In this document: piece by piece, positions 38,901-51,957 of the stretch | Layout of the letters: every line of letters starts with the position of its first letter | Numbering within the stretch: position 1 is the stretch's first letter | Source of the DNA: the human T2T-CHM13v2.0 reference genome, Homo sapiens | Strand: one strand, 5' to 3' | Length of the DNA: 64,000 bases | Assembly (NCBI RefSeq): GCF_009914755.1 | Contig: NC_060942.1 | Program-made: the position numbers and the translations under genes | The notes under the pieces: model-generated | What the model saw: the letters and a program-made list of their open reading frames with translations, nothing else | What the model was told of the DNA's origin: nothing | The model's database searches: none

Positions 38901-40079
38901 AACAACTAGACACAAGTATTCTCAGAAACTTGTTTGTGATGTGTGCCCTCTACTGACAGAGTTGAACCTTTCTTTTCATAGAGCAGTTTTGAAACACTCT
39001 TTTTGTAGAATCTGCAAGAGGATATTTGCATAGCTTTGAGGATTTCGTGGGAAACGGGATTGTCTTCAGGTAAAATCTAGACAGAAGCATTCTCAGAAAC
39101 TTCTTTGGGATGTTTGCATTCAAGTCACAGAGTAGAACATTCCCTTTGGTAGAGCAGGTTTCAAACACTCTTTTTGTAGTATCTGGAAGTGGACATTTGA
39201 AGCGCTTTCAGGCCTATGTTGGAAAGGGAAATATCTTCCCGTAACAACTAGGCAGAAGCATTCTCAGAAACTTATTTGAGATGTGTGTACTCAACTAAGA
39301 GAATTGAACCACCGTTTTGAAGGCGCAGTTTTGAAACACTCTTTTTCTGGAATCTGCAAGAGTATATTTGCCTAGCCTTGACGATTTCGTTGGAAACGTG
39401 GTTGTCTTCAGATAAAATCTAGACAGAAGCATTCTCAGAAACTTCTTTGGGATGTTTGCATTCAAGTCACAGAGTAGAACATTCCCTTTGGTAGAGCAGG
39501 TTTGAAACACTCTTTTTTTAGTATATGGAAGTGGACATTTTGATCGCTTTCAGGCCTACGTTGGAAAAGGAAATATCTTCCCATAACGACTAGACAGAAG
39601 CATTCTCAGAAACTAGTTTCTGATGTGTGTCCTCAACTAACACAGTTGAACATTTCCTTAGACAGAACAGTTTTGAAACACTCTTTTTGTGGAATCTGCA
39701 AGTGGCTATTTGGCTAGATTTGAGGATTTCTTTGGAAACGGGATTACATATAAAAAGCAGTCAGCAGCATTCTCAGAAAGTTCTTTGTGATGATTGCATT
39801 CAAGTCACAGAATTGAACATTCCCTTTCACAGAGCAGGTTTGAAACACTCTTTTTGTAGTGTGTGTAAGTGGACATTTGGAGCGCTTTCCGGCCTAAGGT
39901 GAAAAAGGAAATATCTTCCTATAGAAACTAGAGAGAAGCATTCTCAGAAACTTACTCGTGATGTGTGTCCTCAACTAAAGGAGTAGAACCTTTCTATTCA
40001 TAGAGAAGTTTTGAAACGCTCTTTTTGTGGAATCTCCAAGTGGATATTTGGCTAGTTTTGAGGATTTCGTTGGAAACGG
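29908..40079 (+). repeat. Five consecutive 12-monomer HORs (~2035 bp each)
   Basis: EcoRI sites at 29908, 30582, 31941, 32616, 33976, 34651, 36010, 36685, 38045, 38720 and 40080 alternate ~675 and ~1360 bp. Confidence 0.92.
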
Positions 40080-41439
40080 GAATTCATACAAATTGCAGAC
40101 TGCAGCGTTCTGAGAAACATCTTTGTGATGTTTGTATTCAAGACACAGAGATGAACATTCCCTATCATAGAGCAGGTTGGAATCACTCCTTTTGTAGTAT
40201 CTGGAAGTGGACATTTGGAGCGCTTTCAGGCCTATGTTGAAAAAGGAAATATCTTCCCATAACAACTAGACACAAGCATTCTCAGAAACTTGTTTGTGAT
40301 GTGTGCCCTCTACTGACAGAGTTGAACCTTTCTTTTCATAGAGCAGTTTTGAAACACTCTTTTTGTAGAATCTGCAAGAGGATATTTGCATAGCTTTGAG
40401 GATTTCGTGGGAAACGGGATTGCCTTCAGGTAAAATCTAGACAGAAGCATTCTCAGAAACTTCTTTGGGATGTTTGCATTCAAGTCACAGAGTAGAACAT
40501 TCCCTTTGGTAGAGCAGGTTTGAAACCCTCCTTTTGTAGTATCTGGAAGTGGACATTTGGAGCGCTTTCAGGCCCATGTTGGAAAGGGAAATATCTTCCC
40601 GTAACAACTAGGCAGAAGCATTCTCAGAAACTTATTTGAGATGTGTGTACTCAACTAAGAGAATTGAACCACCGTTTTGAAGGCGCAGTTTTGAAACACT
40701 CTTTTTCTGGAATCTGCAAGAGTATATTTGCCTAGCCTTGAGGATTTCGTTGGAAACGGGATTGTCTTCAGATAAAATCTAGACAGAAGCATTCTCAGAA
40801 ACTTCTTTGGGATGTTTGCATTCAAGTCACAGAGTAGAACATTCCCTTTGGTAGAGCAGATTTGAAACACTCTTTTTTTAGTATATGGAAGTGGACATTT
40901 GGAGCGCTTTCAGGCCTACGTTGGAAAAGGAAATATCTTCCCATAACAACTAAACAGAAGCATTCTCAGAAACTAGTTTCTGATGTGTGTCCTCAACTAA
41001 CACAGTTGAACTTTTCTTTAGACAGAACAGTTTTGAAACACTCTTTTTGTGGAATCTGCAAGTGGCTATTTGGCTAGATTTGAGGATTTCGTTGGAAACG
41101 GGATTACATATAAAAAGCAGTCAGCAGCATTCTCAGAAAGTTCTTTGTGATGATTGCATTCAAGTCACAGAATTGAACATTCCCTTTCACAGAGCAGGTT
41201 TGAAACACTCTTTTTGTAGTGTGTGTAAGTGGACATTTGGAGCACTTACCGGCCTAAGGTGAAAAAGGAAATATCTTCCCATAAAAACTAGACAGAAGCA
41301 TTCTCAGAAACTTACTCGTGATGTGTGTCCTCAACTAAAGTAGTAGAACCTTTCTTTTCATAGAGAAGTTTTGAAACGCTCTTTTTGTGGAATCTGCAAG
41401 TGGATATTTGGCTAGTTTTGAGGATTTCGTTGGAAGCGG

Positions 41440-43474
41440 GAATTCATACAAATTGCAGACTGCAGCGTTCTGAGAAACATCTTTGTGATGTTTGTATTCA
41501 GGACACAGAGTTGAACATTCCCTATCATAGAGCAGGTTTGAATCACTCCTTTTGTAGTATCTGGAAGTGGTCATTTGGAGCGCTTTCAGGCCTATGTTGG
41601 AAAAGGAAATATCTTCCCATAACAACTAGACAGAAGCATTCTGAGAAACTTATTTGAGATGTGTCTACTCAACTAAGAGAATTGAACCACCGTTTTGAAG
41701 GAGCAGTTTTGAAACACTCTTTTTCTGGAATCTGCAAGTGGATATTTGGCTAGCTTTGGGGATTTCGCTGGAAGCGGGAATACATATAAAAAGCACACAG
41801 CAGCGTTCTGAGAAACTGCTTTCTGATGTTTGCATTCAAGTCAAAAGTTGAACACTCCCTTTCATAGAGCAGTCTTGAAACACCCCTTTTGTAGTATCTG
41901 GAACTGGACTTTTGGAGCGATTTTAGGGCTAAGGTGAAAAAGGAAATATCTTCCCATAAAAACTGGACAGAAGCATTCTCAGAAACTTGTTTATGCTGTA
42001 TCTACTCAACTAACAAAGTTGAACCTTTCTTTTGATAGAGCAGTTTTGAAATGGTCTTTTTGTGGAATCTGCAAGTGGATATTTGGCTAGTTTTGAGGAT
42101 TTCGTTGGAAGCGGGAATTCATACAAATTGCAGACTGCAGCGTTATGAGAAACATCTTTGTGATGTTTGTATTCAGGACACAGAGTTGAACATTCCCTAT
42201 CATAGAGCAGGTTGGAATCACTCCTTTTGTAGTATCTGGAAGTGGACATTTGGAGCGCTTTCAGGCCTATTTTGGACAGGGAAATATCTTCCCATAACAA
42301 CTATGCAGAAGCATTCTCAGAAACTTGTTTGTGATGTGTGCCCTCTACTGACAGAGTTGAACCTTTCTTTTCTTAGAGCAGTTTTGAAACACTCTTTTTG
42401 TAGAATCTGCAAGAGGATATTTGCATAGCTTTGAGGATTTCGTGGGAAACGGGATTGTCTTCAGGTAAAATCTAGACAGAAGCATTCTCAGAAACTTCTT
42501 TGGGATGTTTGCATTCAAGACACAGAGTAGAACATTCCCTTTGGTAGAGCAGGTTTGAAACACTCTTTTTGTAGTATCTGGAAGTGGACATTTGGAGCGC
42601 TTTCAGGCCCATGTTGGAAAGGGAAATATCTTCCCGTAACAACTAGGCAGAAGCATTCTCAGAAACTTATTTGAGATGTGTGTACTCAACTAAGAGAATT
42701 GAACCACCGTTTTGAAGGAGCAGTTTTGAAACACTCTTTTTCTGGATTCTGCAAGAATATATTTGCCTAGCCTTGAGGATTTCGTTGGAAACGGGATTGT
42801 CTTCAGATAAAATCTAGACAGAAGCATTCTCAGAAACTTCTTTGGGATGTTTGCATTCAAGTCACAGAGTAGAACATTCTCTTTGGTAGAGCAGGTTTGA
42901 AACACTCTTTTTTTAGTATCTGGAAGTGGACATTTGGAGCGCTTTCAGGCCTACGTTGGAAAAGGAAATATCTTCCCATAACAACTAGACAGAAGCATTC
43001 TCAGAAACTAGTTTCTGATGTGTGTCCTCAACTAACACAGTTGTACATTTCTTTAGACAGAACAGTTTTGAAACACTCTTTTTGTGGAATCTGCAAGTGG
43101 ATATTGGGCTAGATTTGAGGATTTCGTTGGAAACGGGATTACATATAAAAAGCAGTCAGCAGCATTCTCAGAAAGTTCTTTGTGATGATTGCATTCAAGT
43201 CACAGAATTGAACATTCCCTTTCACAGAGCAGGTTTGAAACACTCTTTTTGTAGTGTGTGTAAGTGGACATTTGGAGCGCTTTCCGGCCTAAGGTGAAAA
43301 AGGACATATCTTACCATAAAAACCAGACAGAAGCATTCTCAGAAACTTACTCGTGATGTGTGTCCTCAACTAAAGGAGTAGAAACTTTCTATTCATAGAG
43401 AAGTTTTGAAACGCTCTTTTTGTGGAATCTCCAAGTGGATATTTGGCTAGTTTTGAGGATTTCGTTGGAAGCGG
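41440..43474 (+). repeat. 12-mer HOR unit
   Basis: EcoRI sites at 41440, 42115 and 43475 (675+1360), with the 12-mer-specific monomers present. Confidence 0.9.
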
Positions 43475-45167
43475 GAATTCATACAAATTGCAGACTGCAG
43501 CGTTCTGAGAAACATCGTTGTGATGTTTGTATTCAGGACACAGAGTTGAACATTCCCTATCATAGAGCAGGTTGGAATCACTCCTTTTGTAGTATCTGGA
43601 AGTGGACATTTGGAGCGCTTTCAGGCCTATGTTGGAAAAGGAAATATCTTCCCATAACAACTAGACAGAAGCATTCTCAGAAACTTATTTGAGATGTGTG
43701 TACTCAACTAAGAGAATTGAACCACCGTTTTGAAGGAGCAGTTTTGAAACACTCTTTTTCTGGAATCTGCAAGTGGATATTTGGCTAGCTTTGGGTATTT
43801 CGCTGGAAGCGGGAATACATATAAAAAGCACACAGCAGCGTTCTGAGAAACTGCTTTCTGATGTTTGCATTCAAGTCAAAAGTTGAACACTCCCTTTCAT
43901 AGAGCAGTCTTGAAACACCCCTTTTGTAGTATCTGGAACTGGACATTTGGAGCGCTTTCAGGGCTAAGGTGAAAAAGGAAATATCTTCCCATAAAAACTG
44001 GACAGAAGCATTCTCAGAAACTTGTTTATGCTGTATCTACTCTACTAACAAAGTTGAACCTTTCTTTTGATAGAGCAGTTTTGAAATGCTCTTTTTGTGG
44101 AATCTGCAAGTGGATATTTGGCTAGTTTTGAGGATTTCGTTGGAAGCTGGAATTCATGCAAATTGCAGACTGCAGCGTTCTGAGAAACATCTTTGTGATG
44201 TTTGTATTCAGGACACAGAGTTGAACTTTCCCTATCATAGAGCAGGTTGGAATCACTCCTTTTGCAGTATCTGGAAGTGGACATTTGGAGCGCTTTCAGG
44301 CCTATTTTGGAAAGGGAAATATCTTCCCGTAACAACTAGGCAGAAGCATTCTCAGAAACTTATTTGAGATGTGTGTACTCAACTAAGAGAATTGAACCAC
44401 CGTTTTGAAGGAGCAGATTTGAAACACTCTTTTTCTGGAATCTGCAAGAGTATATTTGCCTAGCCTTGAAGATTTCGTTGGAAACGGGATTGTCTTCAGA
44501 TAAAATCTAGACAGAAGCATTCTCAGAAACTTCTTTGGGATGTTTGCATTCAAGTCACAGAGTAGAACATTCCCTTTGGTAGAGCAGGTTTGAAACACTC
44601 TTTTTTTAGTATATGGAAGTGGACATTTGGAGCGCTTTCAGGCCTACGTTGGAAAAGGAAATATCTTCCCATAACAACTAGACAGAAGCATTCTCAGAAA
44701 CTAGTTTCTGATGTGTGTCCTCAACTAACACAGTTGAACTTTTCTTTAGACAGAACAGTTTTGAAACACTCTTTTTGTGGAATCTGCAAGTGGATATTTG
44801 GCTAGATTTGAGGATTTCGTTGGAAACGGGATTACATATAAAAAGCAGACAGCAGAATTCTCAGAAAGTTCTTTTTGATGATTGCATTCAAGTCACAGAA
44901 TTGAACATTCCCTTTCACAGAGCAGGTTTGAAACACTCTTTTTGTAGTGTGTGTAAGTGGACATTTGGAGCGCTTTCCGGCCTAAGGTGAAAAAGGAAAT
45001 ATCTTCCCATAAAAACTAGACAGAAGCATTCTCAGAAACTTACTCGTGATGTGTGTCCTCAACTAAAGGAGTAGAACCTTTCTATTCATAGAGAAGTTTT
45101 GAAACGCTCTTTTTGTGGAATCTCCAAGTGGATATTTGGCTAGTTTTGAGGATTTCGTTGGAAGCGG
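43475..45167 (+). repeat. 12-mer HOR with a 342-bp (two-monomer) deletion, giving a 10-mer (675+1018 bp)
   Basis: EcoRI sites at 43475, 44150 and 45168. The CTTGTTTGTGATG monomer and the monomer after it are absent after 44340. Confidence 0.88.
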
Positions 45168-47887
45168 GAATTCATACAAATTGCAGACTGCAGCGTTCTG
45201 AGAAACATCTTTGTGATGTTTGTATTCAGGACACAGAGATGAACATTCCCTATCATAGAGCAGGTTGGAATCACTCCTTTTGTAGTATCTGGAAGTGGAC
45301 ATTTGGAGCGCTTTCAGGCCTATGTTGAAAAAGGAAATATCTTCCCATAACAACTAGACACAAGCATTCTCAGAAACTTGTTTGTGATGTGTGCCCTCTA
45401 CTGACAGAGTTGAACCTTTCTTTTCATAGAGCAGTTTTGAAACACTCTTTTTGTAGAATCTGCAAGAGGATATTTGCATAGCTTTGAGGATTTCGTGGGA
45501 AACGGGATTGTCTTCAGGTAAAATCTAGACAGAAGCATTCTCAGAAACTTCTTTGGGATGTTTGCATTCAAGTCACAGAGTAGAACATTCCCTTTGGTAG
45601 AGCAGGTTTGAAACCCTCTTTTTGTAGTATCTGGAAGTGGACATTTGGAGCGCTTTCAGGCCCATGTTGGAAAGGGAAATATCTTCCCGTAACAACTAGG
45701 CAGAAGCATTCTCAGAAACTTATTTGAGATGTGTGTACTCAACTAAGAGAATTGAACCACCGTTTTGAAGGAGCAGTTTTGAAACACTCTTTTTCTGGAA
45801 TCTGCAAGAGTATATTTGCCTAGCCTTGAGAATTTCGTTGGAAACGGGATTGTCTTCAGATAAAATCTAGACAGAAGCATTCTCAGAAACTTCTTTGGGA
45901 TGTTTGCATTCAAGTCACAGAGTAGAACATTCCCTTTGGTAGAGCAGGTTTGAAACACTCTTTTTTTAGTATATGGAAGTGGACATTTGGAGCGCTTTCA
46001 GGCCTACGTTGGAAAAGGAAATATCTTCCCATAACAACTAGACAGAAGCATTCTCAGAAACTAGTTTCTGATGTGTGTCCTTAACTAACACAGTTGAACT
46101 TTTCTTTAGACAGAACAGTTTTGAAACACTCTTTTTGTGGAATCTGCAAGTGGATATTTGGCTAGATTTGAGGATTTCGTTGGAAACGGGATTACATATA
46201 AAAAGCAGACAGCAGCATTCTCAGAAAGTTCTTTGTGATGATTGCATTCAAGTCACAGAATTGAACATTCCCTTTCACAGAGCAGGTTTGAAACCCTCTT
46301 TTTGTAGTGTGTGTAAGTGGACATTTGGAGCGCTTTCCGGCCTCAGGTGAAAAAGGAAATATCTTCCCATAAAAACTAGACAGAAGCATTCTCAGAAACT
46401 TACTCGTGATGTGTGTCCTCAACTAAAGGAGTAGAACATTTCTATTCATAGAGAAGTTTTGAAACGCTCTTTTTGTGGAATCTCCAAGTGGATATTTGGC
46501 TAGTTTTGAGGATTTCGTTGGAAGCGGGAATTCATACAAATTGCAGACTGCAGCGTTCTGAGAATCATCTTTGTGATGTTTGTATTCAGGACACAGAGAT
46601 GAACATTCCCTATCATAGAGTAGGTTGGAATCACTCCTTTTGTAGTATCTGGAAGTGGACATTTGGAGCGCTTTCAGTCCTATGTTGAAAAAGGAAATAT
46701 CTTCCCATAACAACTAGACACAAGCATTCTCAGAAACTTGTTTGTGATGTGTGCCCTCTACTGACAGAGTTGAACCTTTCTTTTCATAGAGCAGTTTTGA
46801 AACACTCTTTTTGTAGAATCTGCAAGAGGATATTTGCATAGCTTTGAGGATTCCGTGGGAAACGGGATTGTCTTCAGGTAAAATCTAGACAGAAGCATTC
46901 TCAGAAACTTCTTTGGGATGTTTGCATTCAAGTCACAGAGTAGAACATTCCCTTTGGTAGAGCAGGTTTGAAACACTCTTTTTGTAGTATCTGGAAGTGG
47001 ACATTTGGAGCACTTTCAGGCCCATGTTGGAAAGGGAAATATCTTCCCGTAACAACTAGGCAGAAGCATTCTCTGAAACTTTTTTGAGATGTGTGTACGC
47101 AACTAAGAGAATTGAACCACCGTTTTGAAGGAGCAGTTTTGAAACACTCTTTTTCTGGAATCTGCTAGACGATATTTGCCTAGCCTTGAGGATTTCGTTG
47201 GAAACGGGATTGTCTTCAGATAAAATCTAGACAGAAGCATTCTCAGAAACTTCTTTGGGATGTTTGTATTCAAGTCACAGAGTAGAACATTCCCTTTGGT
47301 AGAGCAGGTTTGAAACACTCTTTTTTTAGTATATGGAAATGGACATTTGGAGCGCTTTCAGGCCTACGTTGGAAAAGGAAATATCTTCCCATAACAACTA
47401 GACAGAAGCATTCTCAGAAACTAGTTTCTGATGTGTGTCCTCAACTAACACAGTTGAACTTTTCTTTAGACAGAACAGTTTTGAAACACTCTTTTTGTGG
47501 AATCTGCAAGTGGCTATTTGGCTAGATTTGAGGATTTCGTTGGAAACGGGATTACATATAAAAAGCAGTCAGCAGCATTCTCAGAAAGTTCTTTGTGATG
47601 ATTGCATTCAAGTCACAGAATTGAACATTCCCTTTCACAGAGCAGGTTTGAAACACTCTTTTTGTAGTGTGTGTAAGTGGACATTTGGAGCACTTACCGG
47701 CCTAAGGTGAAAAAGGAAATATCTTCCCATAAAAACTAGACAGAAGCATTCTCAGAAACTTACTCGTGATGTGTGTCCTCAACTAAAGTAGTAGAACCTT
47801 TCTTTTCATAGAGAAGTTTTGAAACGCTCTTTTTGTGGAATCTGCAAGTGGATATTTGGCTAGTTTTGAGGATTTCGTTGGAAGCGG

Positions 47888-50800
47888 GAATTCATACAAA
47901 TTGCAGACTGCAGCGTTCTGAGAAACATCTTTGTGATGTTTGTATTCAGGACACAGAGTTGAACATTCCCTATCATAGAGCAGGTTTGAATCACTCCTTT
48001 TGTAGTATCTGGAAGTGGACATTTGGAGCGCTTTCAGGCCTATGTTGGAAAAGGAAATATCTTCCCATAACAACTAGACAGAAGCATTCTCAGAAACTTA
48101 TTTGAGATGTGTCTACTCAACTAAGAGAATTGAACCACCGTTTTGAAGGAGCAGTTTTGAAACACTCTTTTTCTGGAATCTGCAAGTGGATATTTGGCTA
48201 GCTTTGGGGATTTCGCTGGAAGCGGGAATACATATAAAAAGCACACAGCAGCGTTCTGAGAAACTGCTTTCTGATGTTTGCATTCAAGTCAAAAGTTGAA
48301 CACTCCCTTTCATAGAGCAGTCTTGAAACACCCCTTTTGTAGTATCTGGAACTGGACTTTTGGAGCGATTTTAGGGCTAAGGTGAAAAAGGAAATATCTT
48401 CCCATAAAAACTGGACAGAAGCATTCTCAGAAACTTGTTTATGCTGTATCTACTCAACTAACAAAGTTGAACCTTTCTTTTGATAGAGCAGTTTTGAAAT
48501 GGTCTTTTTGTGGAATCTGCAAGTGGATATTTGGCTAGTTTTGAGGATTTCGTTGGAAGCGGGAATTCATACAAATTGCAGACTGCAGCGTTATGAGAAA
48601 CATCTTTGTGATGTTTGTATTCAGGACACAGAGTTGAACATTCCCTATCATAGAGCAGGTTGGAATCACTCCTTTTGTAGTATCTGGAAGTGGACATTTG
48701 GAGCGCTTTCAGGCCTATTTTGGACAGGGAAATATCTTCCCATAACAACTATGCAGAAGCATTCTCAGAAACTTGTTTGTGATGTGTGCCCTCTACTGAC
48801 AGAGTTGAACCTTTCTTTTCTTAGAGCAGTTTTGAAACACTCTTTTTGTAGAATCTGCAAGAGGATATTTGCATAGCTTTGAGGATTTCGTGGGAAACGG
48901 GATTGTCTTCAGGTAAAATCTAGACAGAAGCATTCTCAGAAACTTCTTTGGGATGTTTGCATTCAAGACACAGAGTAGAACATTCCCTTTGGTAGAGCAG
49001 GTTTGAAACACTCTTTTTGTAGTATCTGGAAGTGGACATTTGGAGCGCTTTCAGGCCCATGTTGGAAAGGGAAATATCTTCCCGTAACAACTAGGCAGAA
49101 GCATTCTCAGAAACTTATTTGAGATGTGTGTACTCAACTAAGAGAATTGAACCACCGTTTTGAAGGAGCAGTTTTGAAACACTCTTTTTCTGGATTCTGC
49201 AAGAATATATTTGCCTAGCCTTGAGGATTTCGTTGGAAACGGGATTGTCTTCAGATAAAATCTAGACAGAAGCATTCTCAGAAACTTCTTTGGGATGTTT
49301 GCATTCAAGTCACAGAGTAGAACATTCTCTTTGGTAGAGCAGGTTTGAAACACTCTTTTTTTAGTATCTGGAAGTGGACATTTGGAGCGCTTTCAGGCCT
49401 ACGTTGGAAAAGGAAATATCTTCCCATAACAACTAGACAGAAGCATTCTCAGAAACTAGTTTCTGATGTGTGTCCTCAACTAACACAGTTGTACATTTCT
49501 TTAGACAGAACAGTTTTGAAACACTCTTTTTGTGGAATCTGCAAGTGGATATTGGGCTAGATTTGAGGATTTCGTTGGAAACGGGATTACATATAAAAAG
49601 CAGTCAGCAGCATTCTCAGAAAGTTCTTTGTGATGATTGCATTCAAGTCACAGAATTGAACATTCCCTTTCACAGAGCAGGTTTGAAACACTCTTTTTGT
49701 AGTGTGTGTAAGTGGACATTTGGAGCGCTTTCCGGCCTAAGGTGAAAAAGGACATATCTTACCATAAAAACCAGACAGAAGCATTCTCAGAAACTTACTC
49801 GTGATGTGTGTCCTCAACTAAAGGAGTAGAAACTTTCTATTCATAGAGAAGTTTTGAAACGCTCTTTTTGTGGAATCTCCAAGTGGATATTTGGCTAGTT
49901 TTGAGGATTTCGTTGGAAGCGGGAATTCATACAAATTGCAGACTGCAGCGTTCTGAGAAACATCGTTGTGATGTTTGTATTCAGGACACAGAGTTGAACA
50001 TTCCCTATCATAGAGCAGGTTTGAATCACTCCTTTTGTAGTATCTGGAAGTGGACATTTGGAGCGCTTTCAGGCCTATGTTGGAAAAGGAAATATCTTCC
50101 CATAACAACTAGACAGAAGCATTCTCAGAAACTTATTTGAGATGTGTGTACTCAACTAAGAGAATTGAACCACCGTTTTGAAGGAGCAGTTTTGAAACAC
50201 TCTTTTTCTGGAATCTGCAAGTGGATATTTGGCTAGCTTTGGGGATTTCGCTGGAAGCGGGAATACATATAAAAAGCACACAGCAGCGTTCTGAGAAACT
50301 GCTTTCTGATGTTTGCATTCAAGTCAAAAGTTGAACACTCCCTTTCATAGAGCAGTCTTGAAACACCCCTTTTGTAGTATCTGGAACTGGACATTTGGAG
50401 CGCTTTCAGGGCTAAGGTGAAAAAGGAAATATCTTCCCATAAAAACTGGACAGAAGCATTCTCAGAAACTTGTTTATGCTGTATCTACTCTACTAACAAA
50501 GTTGAACCTTTCTTTTGATAGAGCAGTTTTGAAATGCTCTTTTTGTGGAATCTGCAAGTGGATATTTGGCTAGTTTTGAGGATTTCGTTGGAAGCTGGAA
50601 TTCATGCAAATTGCAGACTGCAGCGTTCTGAGAAACATCTTTGTGATGTTTGTATTCAGGACACAGAGTTGAACATTCCCTATCATAGAGCAGGTTGGAA
50701 TCACTCCTTTTGTAGTATCTGGAAGTGGACATTTGGAGCGCTTTCAGGCCTATGTTGAAAAAGGAAATATCTTCCCATAACAACTAGACACAAGCATTCT

Positions 50801-51957
50801 CAGAAACTTGTTTGTGATGTGTGCCCTCTGCTGACAGAGTTGAACCTTTCTTTTCATAGAGCAGTTTTGAAACACTCTTTTTGTAGAATCTGCAAGAGGA
50901 TATTTGCATAGCTTTGAGGATTTCGTGGGAAACGGGATTGTCTTCAGGTAAAATCTAGACAGAAGCATTCTCAGAAACTTCTTTGGGATGTTTGCATTCA
51001 AGACACAGAGTAGAACATTCCCTTTGGTAGAGCAGGTTTGAAACACTCTTTTTGTAGTATCTGGAAGTGGACATTTGGAGCGCTTTCAGGCCCATGTTGG
51101 AAAGGGAAATATCTTCCCGTAACAACTAGGCAGAAGCATTCTCAGAAACTTATTTGAGATGTGTGTACTCAACTAAGAGAATTGAACCACCGTTTTGAAG
51201 GAGCAGTTTTGAAACACTCTTTTTCTGGAAACTGCAAGAGTATATTTGCCTAGCCTTGAAGATTTCGTTGGAAACGGGATTGTCTTCAGATAAAATCTAG
51301 ACAGACGCATTCTCAGAAACTTCTTTGGGATGTTTGCATTCAAGTCACAGAGTAGAACATTCCCTTTGGTAGAGCAGGTTTGAAACACTCTTTTTTTAGT
51401 ATATGGAAGTGGACATTTGGAGCGCTTTCAGGCCTACGTTGGAAAAGGAAATATCTTCCCATAACAACTAGACAGAAGCATTCTCAGAAACTAGTTTCTG
51501 ATGTGTGTCCTCAACTAACACAGTTGAACTTTTCTTTAGACAGAACAGTTTTGAAACACTCTTTTTGTGGAATCTGCAAGTGGATATTTGGCTAGATTTG
51601 AGGATTTCGTTGGAAACGGGATTACATATAAAAAGCAGACAGCAGCATTCTCAGAAAGTTCTTTTTGATGATTGCATTCAAGTCACAGAATTGAACATTC
51701 CCTTTCACAGAGCAGGTTTGAAACACTCTTTTTGTAGTGTGTGTAAGTGGACATTTGGAGCGCTTTCCGGCCTAAGGTGAAAAAGGAAATATCTTCCCAT
51801 AAAAACTAGACAGAAGCATTCTCAGAAACTTACTCGTGATGTGTGTCCTCAACTAAAGGAGTAGAACCTTTCTATTCATAGAGAAGTTTTGAAACGCTCT
51901 TTTTGTGGAATCTCCAAGTGGATATTTGGCTAGTTTTGAGGATTTCGTTGGAAGCGG
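47888..51957 (+). repeat. Two consecutive 12-mer HOR units
   Basis: EcoRI sites at 47888, 48563, 49923, 50598 and 51958. Confidence 0.9.
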
